Virus record (IMG/VR): IMGVR_UViG_3300022744_000020
Span: 26,203-90,202 of that record
Length of the DNA: 64,000 nt
Direction: 5' to 3' (one strand)
Origin: a virus
In this document: in pieces, positions 57,903 through 64,000 of the stretch
How the letters are laid out: each line of letters opens with the position of its first letter
How positions within the stretch are numbered: position 1 is the stretch's first letter
Notes under the pieces: generated by a model
Told to the model about the DNA's origin: nothing
Databases searched by the model: none
Seen by the model: the letters and a program-made list of their open reading frames with translations, nothing else
Translations under genes and position numbers: made by a program

Positions 57903-58733
57903 ATGAATTACACCCTGAACATTGCCCACGTAATGGCCTGCGATCTCCCTGAGAAACTCCAAAGTCTCGGAATGGGGCATACACCCAAAGGACAAGTGCT
58001 AATGGAGGCACTACTTAACGTGGAGTTCTTTCGAGACTTTATTGTGGTGATTGGAAAGATTGAGGACGAGGAACAGCGGCATCACGGCTGGGTTGTTTCC
58101 ATGTCGGCGTATCATCCAGGAACAATAGTCATCAAGAGAAACAAAGCTGTCTTCACCGGAGTTTATGGCGATCCTAAAGATCATCTATTCATAATTCAAA
58201 TGGATTCCACAGATAGAGGGCTGCATTTAGGAGCATTGGAAGTTATTTCAAAGATAAGAAAAATTGCAAATTCTCGTGATAAAAACCAGGAAGCGACAGT
58301 CAATCAAGTTTTCGGTTTGCGGGCTCTTTTGAGAGAGTATTGCGTCTGTAATTCTGATGTTTCAGGCTCTACGGCATTTGCCCCTCCTTCAGTTTTTCTG
58401 ATGCACTCGGTAAAAAATCAAGAAAACGCGAAGTATTACAGCGCGGCGGGAATCAGGATTGGTCCTAAGTGGATACGCGACGTGAGGGCGTGGGTTTATG
58501 TCAGTCCCATCGGGCTTGTTTTCCGAGGAATGCATGTCGTCGCTGAAGATTCCAAGACCGGAGAGTTACGAACACACACTCGTTATGGAACGGAATACCG
58601 AGTCGAAGACTCTTATAACGAGGCAACCCTCATGGCTTGGCTGATGGATAATTATCCTACGTTTGATCCGCATGGAAAAGATTTCTTTGAACACGGAACC
58701 ACCAAAGGTTGGAGTTTTTCCTATTCGGAATGA
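57903..58733 (+). CDS. Hypothetical protein (276 aa), AT-richer codons
   Basis: AAGG RBS before ATG 57903. Confidence 0.72.
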   Translation: MNYTLNIAHVMACDLPEKLQSLGMGHTPKGQVLMEALLNVEFFRDFIVVIGKIEDEEQRHHGWVVSMSAYHPGTIVIKRNKAVFTGVYGDPKDHLFIIQMDSTDRGLHLGALEVISKIRKIANSRDKNQEATVNQVFGLRALLREYCVCNSDVSGSTAFAPPSVFLMHSVKNQENAKYYSAAGIRIGPKWIRDVRAWVYVSPIGLVFRGMHVVAEDSKTGELRTHTRYGTEYRVEDSYNEATLMAWLMDNYPTFDPHGKDFFEHGTTKGWSFSYSE

Positions 58734-58759
58734 ATTAAGAACATACATTACCTTAGTGC
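58733..58759 (+). promoter_or_regulatory. Putative early (vRNAP) promoter
   Basis: AATTAAGAACATACATTACCTTAGTGC. Confidence 0.65.
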
Positions 58760-58785
58760 TTTCAACCAACCATAGAGGTTTTTCG

Positions 58786-59379
58786 ATGATTGATAATGAC
58801 CGCGTTGACACCCTGGCTGACGTTCTGAGTGGGTGGTGGAACAGGATTTGTCGCTGGATAACGAACAACCCTACGGCGGTAGACGCTGCAGCATTCGTGG
58901 CTGACCGCGACATCTCCAGCAAGACCGAAGATCGTCGTCCGCTTCACTGGACGGATGAGCATTTCCTGGGGTGTCCCGTCATCGTTTTGTCGGGAGACAA
59001 GGGAGATGACATCTCTGTTGCGATTGGTTTCGCAACAGATATTTTCGAGCTGGGTACAAACCAATACACCCTGGTGATCGATAACTATCTGGGTCGCGGA
59101 AGCCCGGACAACGAAAAGATCATCTCGTTTGGTCGGATGTTTCCGTATTCGGAGAGTCTTCTGTGCGCTCTAAGCGTCCTCAGTCCTGATGAAGTCATGA
59201 CCATCACTGCCCGTGGTGGTTCTTTGATGATCGATCAGGAACAGCCGTGGAAGCTCCTGGTCCCTCCGAAGAATGCGGAGCCGCTGGTCGATTACGACAA
59301 AGTGAAAGACGTCCTGAATCGTGAGGGTTTCTACGACCATGAGTTCTTCATGGAACCATGGAAAGACGGAGAAAATTGA
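58786..59379 (+). CDS. Hypothetical protein (197 aa)
   Basis: GAGG RBS before ATG 58786. Confidence 0.75.
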   Translation: MIDNDRVDTLADVLSGWWNRICRWITNNPTAVDAAAFVADRDISSKTEDRRPLHWTDEHFLGCPVIVLSGDKGDDISVAIGFATDIFELGTNQYTLVIDNYLGRGSPDNEKIISFGRMFPYSESLLCALSVLSPDEVMTITARGGSLMIDQEQPWKLLVPPKNAEPLVDYDKVKDVLNREGFYDHEFFMEPWKDGEN

Positions 59380-59380
59380 A

Positions 59381-59644
59381 ATGAAGCGAATCATCATCCA
59401 GCAAACTAAGGGTTGCTTTCGTCGATTCACGCTGGGCAAACGCCCGTTGTTGTTGCCCTTGTGGCCCATCGTGGGTGAGGATCATCCAGCATGGATCGTT
59501 CAAGAAAACATTAGTCGCTGGCCTCTCGGCGACAGCCTGCGCTGGAAAAGCGACTGCGGAATGATGCTATTCAAGGATCGTCGGCAAGCCAAGCGCTACA
59601 TCAATCGAAAAAGCCAGATGTTCAAACGTCATCGTCGAGACTGA
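59381..59644 (+). CDS. Basic hypothetical protein (87 aa)
   Basis: GGAG RBS, abuts the upstream gene. Confidence 0.68.
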   Translation: MKRIIIQQTKGCFRRFTLGKRPLLLPLWPIVGEDHPAWIVQENISRWPLGDSLRWKSDCGMMLFKDRRQAKRYINRKSQMFKRHRRD

Positions 59645-59689
59645 ACGTCGGATTAAAAACATCAACAGCGAAACAAAGAAGGAACAATC

Positions 59690-60394
59690 ATGACCATTTG
59701 GATAGCCTCCATCCCCCTCGAACATTGCCGTAAAGGAACGGTCTCCTGGACCCTTCCAGAGGCAGGTTGGAAAATGATGCGCCGCAAGCGCCCACTGATC
59801 CTCAATCTGGATCCGGACGGATTTCTGAAGGAAGAACTTCAGGAACGCGCCAAGCTGGAGATGAATCTCTATCAGCTTCAAAGTCCGCAACACCCCGAAG
59901 CGATGGCGTATTTCGATGTGGTCGGTGATCGCACCTCCGGACCTTTCAGTGAAGAGGGCTTTGATCGCCAGAATTGCCTTCTGTGCCAGCTTGCTCTGGG
60001 AGTCAGTCAGACGCTGGAAGTCCGGACAAACCTTGCTTACTGGTGGAATTTGCCGGAAGGTCAGGTCCCGGACGAAGACGGGAAACAATTAGTTAATCCG
60101 TATCTTCACCTGAAAGGGGTGAATTATCTCCGGGCAAACGTTCTGACCTTCGAAACGCAAGCTCGTACGGCCGGCATGTCGCTGAAGGACGCAGCGAATC
60201 ATCGCAATCAGCTTGCCTCGAAAGTTCTGAAACTCCCACTGCTGACCAATCGCGTCCGTGAGCGAGCCATCCAGAACATCCAGCTTGGAGATGACATCGG
60301 CAAGGTCCTGGAAAGGACCAAGCTGCAATTACAGGCACTTGAAAATGCTCGGAGATCAATCGGCCGGGGTTTGGCCAACCACGAACCCTATTAA
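59690..60394 (+). CDS. Hypothetical protein (234 aa)
   Basis: AAGGA RBS. Confidence 0.75.
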   Translation: MTIWIASIPLEHCRKGTVSWTLPEAGWKMMRRKRPLILNLDPDGFLKEELQERAKLEMNLYQLQSPQHPEAMAYFDVVGDRTSGPFSEEGFDRQNCLLCQLALGVSQTLEVRTNLAYWWNLPEGQVPDEDGKQLVNPYLHLKGVNYLRANVLTFETQARTAGMSLKDAANHRNQLASKVLKLPLLTNRVRERAIQNIQLGDDIGKVLERTKLQLQALENARRSIGRGLANHEPY

Positions 60395-60403
60395 GGAGCT
60401 GGA

Positions 60404-61156
60404 ATGTCTGTTCCATTCTATCGCAACATTTACCTCGAGACGACGCCTTACGCGTTTCGAGATCTGCCGATGAACATCAAACCGCCGGGGGAGCTCTGGG
60501 CGATTTATGGTCACGTCTTCCGGGAAGGAAGTTGTAGTTACGGCTTACTGGAATGGTGTTACGACCAAGCCGATGCCGAAAAGCTTCTGCTGGAGATGAA
60601 GAAGGATCCGGGGATCTACTGTCTGAAAGCTCAAAGCTATCAGGAATGGGAGTTCCAGGAGCGTGGACATGTCAGCAAGGAGCAAAGAAAGAAGAAGGCC
60701 ATCGAGCGCCAGCGCAACGGAGTAAAGCTCTGCCGGCTGATATGCAAAGCGGTAGAGTCGATTCAAGCAGCTCGCGATCGCCATCAAGACTTCTCTGAAA
60801 TGAAACGGTCCCCGGAGAAGTCCTGGACGGAGCTGACTACGCATCTAATCGAACTCGGTTTGCTGAGACCTCTTCCGGAAAACCCCTTCAGTGTCGAACA
60901 ATACGATTGGGATCGCTGTTACTGGGATGGTCTGATGGCTCTGCTTTATCAGATCGCGTGCGCTCGGGTGGCGATTTCCCCGGACTACGATTACATCCAG
61001 ATCGATTTCGTAACCTCCGGCATTGCCCTGGCCGAGAGGACTCGTCGGGAAACGACACTGAAGTGTGAACTTCCTGATACTTCGATCTTCCTTCGCGTCC
61101 TGGTCGCAAACCACAACAGTCCAAGCAAGGAGCTCCCATGGACGATGAGAAAATAA
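60404..61156 (+). CDS. Hypothetical protein (250 aa)
   Basis: AAGGAG RBS. Confidence 0.75.
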   Translation: MSVPFYRNIYLETTPYAFRDLPMNIKPPGELWAIYGHVFREGSCSYGLLEWCYDQADAEKLLLEMKKDPGIYCLKAQSYQEWEFQERGHVSKEQRKKKAIERQRNGVKLCRLICKAVESIQAARDRHQDFSEMKRSPEKSWTELTTHLIELGLLRPLPENPFSVEQYDWDRCYWDGLMALLYQIACARVAISPDYDYIQIDFVTSGIALAERTRRETTLKCELPDTSIFLRVLVANHNSPSKELPWTMRK

Positions 61157-61344
61157 AAGTGCATCTATCTCTAGGCGGCATTCTCTTGGGTGTCGGTCTT
61201 GGTTTGGGCATGCTCATGGCTGCCAAACTTCAGGTAGAAAAAGAAAGGGCCGAACAACAAGATCGAAAGTTGCTCGAGCAACCGCGACTTCCCCTTAATA
61301 CCAGGAATCCAAAACCCTACCGCTACCGTCGATCGGTGAGGTAA
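61138..61344 (+). CDS. Small membrane protein (68 aa)
   Basis: AAGGAG RBS, TM LSLGGILLGVGLGLGMLMAA, hairpin gttcgaacaga/tctgttcgaac plus T-rich tract downstream. Confidence 0.7.
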   Translation: MDDEKIKVHLSLGGILLGVGLGLGMLMAAKLQVEKERAEQQDRKLLEQPRLPLNTRNPKPYRYRRSVR

Positions 61345-61416
61345 ATTCACCTGAATCCGTTGAGTGTTCGAACAGATACCCTCTGTTCGAACTACTTTCT
61401 TTTTGCAAAGTAAAAA

Positions 61417-62013
61417 ATGAAACCAAACAACTGCGAAGGCGATCCCTTAGACTTGGGATCCAAGATCTCATCTTTCCGAGGATACGTTTTGAATCTGAAT
61501 CCATCGGACGATGTTTTTCTTTATTACCGAGAATTTGCATATCAGAAAGAAAGCGCATCGGGAGCACGGATAGACTGGGAGGGGCTGAAAGGGATCGGAA
61601 TTTTGAAACCAACCCATGGCAGTGAGCCGGATTTTCCCTATGTTCGGACCTGGGTAACGACCTACTACTCTGTTATCAAAAATGGAGAAATCGTCGGCAT
61701 GTTCCTTCTGTATAAAGGAGCTTTGCACATGGTCTACATCGATTCAGAACACCGACGTAAAGGCTTACTCAGATGGGTGTGCAAGAAACTGGACATAAAA
61801 ACGATTTTTTCTGCAGCGGATCGTGCTGTAGGGGCTTACGTTCATTTAGGATTTCGACCGATTGCAAGATGCCACTATGGCGGTGGATACGTGCTTTCGA
61901 AAAACTTAACTTGTGTCGCCGATGCAGCGGATTCATGGCCCGATTATTTTTCTTTCTTCCCACACAGATCAATGCCAGAAGTTGTCAATTATTCGTTCGA
62001 AGAATTCGAATAA
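61417..62013 (+). CDS. GNAT-family acetyltransferase
   Basis: Motif A-like VYIDSEHRRKGL and motif B-like AVGAYVHLGF. Confidence 0.7.
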   Translation: MKPNNCEGDPLDLGSKISSFRGYVLNLNPSDDVFLYYREFAYQKESASGARIDWEGLKGIGILKPTHGSEPDFPYVRTWVTTYYSVIKNGEIVGMFLLYKGALHMVYIDSEHRRKGLLRWVCKKLDIKTIFSAADRAVGAYVHLGFRPIARCHYGGGYVLSKNLTCVADAADSWPDYFSFFPHRSMPEVVNYSFEEFE

Positions 62014-62095
62014 CTTAGAGGCTTGTTTTTCTTCTTAATATGACTACCCTATTAAGCCGTTTGAGCTTAATAGGGTCCCTTATGAGGAGAATGCA

Positions 62096-64000
62096 ATGAC
62101 TATTCTTTTTTTGAACGATTGGTACAAGTACCCTGAAGCCGTCCTTGATTTGGAGACGAAAAATCGCTCCTGGATAGAGCTGGCTTATAAATACAAATCG
62201 GTAGGCATTAAGAACCATAATTTCTTACTAGCGCTACATAACCCGCGACTAAGAGGGGTGGACCCACACGATCCGAATCTCACTGTTGAACAGATGGTGA
62301 TGATCCAGGTGGAGTGCGAACAGAATTTTTGGTACTGTGCTCGCAATGTTTGGAGGGCGCCAGCGGACTCCGGTACTGAGACGGACCCCATCCGAGCCAA
62401 TCGTGCCATCGTGAGTTACTGGTGGGGGTTTCTAAATCACATTTTCTACATCCTGACCCAGTGTCGACAAACCGGTAAGAGTTTCGGTTCTGACGTTTGT
62501 GACCTGACCACGATGAATTTCCAGGCAAGAAATATTCAAATCAACTTGCTGACAAAAGACGACATTCTTCGGGCACGAAACATTGAGCGACTGAAGCTCA
62601 TTTACGACACCCTGCCGCCTTATCTTCATTATCGAACAAAAAACGACAGCAACAACACCGAAAACTTCACAATCAAAAAGCGCGGCAATAGCTATCTTGC
62701 TCACGTTCCTCAGTCGAGCGAAAAAGGCGCGTATAAGCTTGGTCGTGGTTTGTCTACTGCGGTGTTTCGAGTCGACGAACTTCCCTTCCAACCTCATGCA
62801 CGCGTGGCCTTTGGCTCAGCCATTGGCGCAATGGGTGACGCTGCCGACAAGGCCATGAAGAAGGGTGAACCATACGGCATCGGAGTGACCACTACGGCGG
62901 GTAAGAAGGATGACCCTTCTGGTGAATTTGTTTACGAAATGATCCAAGAATCTGCTCCTTGGTCGGATCATTTCCTAGACGCCAACGATCCCACTCATTT
63001 GGAACAAATGATCCGTAAGAACTCCCCTGGAAATGTTTTCCAGGTTTTCGGATGGTTCAATCATATCCAAACCGGTAAAGATGATCAGTGGTTGAAGAAA
63101 CGTCTGGAAGACTCCAAACAATCCAGGCAAGATGCCAATCGAGATTACTTCGGTATTTGGACGAGTGGCTCGGCATCGTCCCCCCTCCCTACCGAGCTGA
63201 TCGAGAGACTGCAAAATCACATCGCAACGGTGGCGTACGATCATCGCTGGCCTGAGGACGACTTCATTCTGAGCTGGTACATTCCGGCCAATCAAATTGC
63301 TTTGCGCACTCGCCGAGGAAAGCAAGTCATCGGGATGGACTCCAGTGATGCAATCGGCAGAGACAGCATCACGTTCTTCATGGTCGATGTCGAAACTGGT
63401 GAGACGCTCTGCACAGGAAGTTTCAATGAACGTAACCTCATGAGCTTTGCTCGGTGGTTGGTCAAAGTCATGGTGGCTTTTCCGGAGTCTGTGCTTATCC
63501 CTGAGCGTCGAGGTTCTGGGGTTTATATCATCGACTACCTGCTGGACATCCTGCCGCCTCAAGGGATCGATCCGTTCAAGCGTATTTTCAACTGGGTTGT
63601 CAACGATCCAATTGCACATGAGTCGCTTTACGAAGAAGCCAAGCTCCCACTGCGTCGGCGTGAAGAAAGCTTATACGTTCGAGCAAAGAAGTATTTTGGG
63701 TTTGCCACGTCTGGGTCCGGTGATACGTCTAGAAGCCTGCTGTACGGGCATTTAGAGGGCTTCTGTGACCTTTTGTACGACGTCTTAAGGGATCGCAGAC
63801 TCATGCAGGAAATCTTTGGCCTGGTGCTGAAGAATGGGCGTATCGATCATGGCGCCGGAGGTCACGACGACATGGTGATTGCCATGCTTTTGGCTCACTG
63901 GTTCTTGAGTAAAGGAAAAAATCTTTCCCATTACGGAATCGACCCCCAGACAGTTTTGGCCGATCGGAAGAGCACCAGCAAAGTGGTCCTGAGCGATTAC
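62096..64000 (+). CDS. terL: Terminase large subunit (phiKZ gp25-like, partial, runs off window end)
   Basis: Absent from the ORF track. Manual translation MTILFLNDWYKYP.. contains Walker A RQTGKS, GRGLS..VDE, TTTAG, nuclease IGMDSS and RIDH..GHDDMVIA. GAGGAG RBS. Confidence 0.93.
   Translation, partial: MTILFLNDWYKYPEAVLDLETKNRSWIELAYKYKSVGIKNHNFLLALHNPRLRGVDPHDPNLTVEQMVMIQVECEQNFWYCARNVWRAPADSGTETDPIRANRAIVSYWWGFLNHIFYILTQCRQTGKSFGSDVCDLTTMNFQARNIQINLLTKDDILRARNIERLKLIYDTLPPYLHYRTKNDSNNTENFTIKKRGNSYLAHVPQSSEKGAYKLGRGLSTAVFRVDELPFQPHARVAFGSAIGAMGDAADKAMKKGEPYGIGVTTTAGKKDDPSGEFVYEMIQESAPWSDHFLDANDPTHLEQMIRKNSPGNVFQVFGWFNHIQTGKDDQWLKKRLEDSKQSRQDANRDYFGIWTSGSASSPLPTELIERLQNHIATVAYDHRWPEDDFILSWYIPANQIALRTRRGKQVIGMDSSDAIGRDSITFFMVDVETGETLCTGSFNERNLMSFARWLVKVMVAFPESVLIPERRGSGVYIIDYLLDILPPQGIDPFKRIFNWVVNDPIAHESLYEEAKLPLRRREESLYVRAKKYFGFATSGSGDTSRSLLYGHLEGFCDLLYDVLRDRRLMQEIFGLVLKNGRIDHGAGGHDDMVIAMLLAHWFLSKGKNLSHYGIDPQTVLADRKSTSKVVLSDY

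Noticed and set aside
62432..63755. ORFs listed in the track at the window end
   Set aside because: They overlap the terminase frame starting at 62096, which the track omits because it has no stop in the window.
1..64000. CRISPR array, tRNA, rRNA, IS element, reverse transcriptase
   Set aside because: No spaced direct repeats, cloverleaf, transposase or RT motifs were found by eye. The hairpins are unrelated in sequence. A tRNA or covariance-model scan was not run.

Overview
This window is part of a phiKZ-like (Chimalliviridae-type) jumbo phage genome. It holds three conserved core blocks. Block 1 has virion proteins, a candidate spanin pair, RNase H, UvsX and the C-terminal virion RNA polymerase (vRNAP) beta fragment. 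Block 2 has a 3268-aa gp181-like tail protein (M15 peptidase plus lytic transglycosylase), vRNAP beta' and beta, and the prohead protease. Block 3 has tail tube, sheath, three structural genes and the 5' part of the large terminase. Accessory islands at about 37.6-46.5, 49.9-50.7 and 56.2-62.0 kb sit behind a recurring TATATTAC-like early promoter. The main observations are: an ORF-less 386-nt group I intron (32598-32983) splitting the vRNAP beta gene; a second prohead-protease-fold gene with Gly at the catalytic Ser position (39576-40079); an operon of three 32-34 aa hydrophobic microproteins plus a membrane-anchored protein (38805-39487), the three small ones missed by the ORF track; and long intergenic hairpins followed by TATG. 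All family calls come from motifs and gene order read by eye. No database search was run, and phiKZ gene numbers are recalled homologies.
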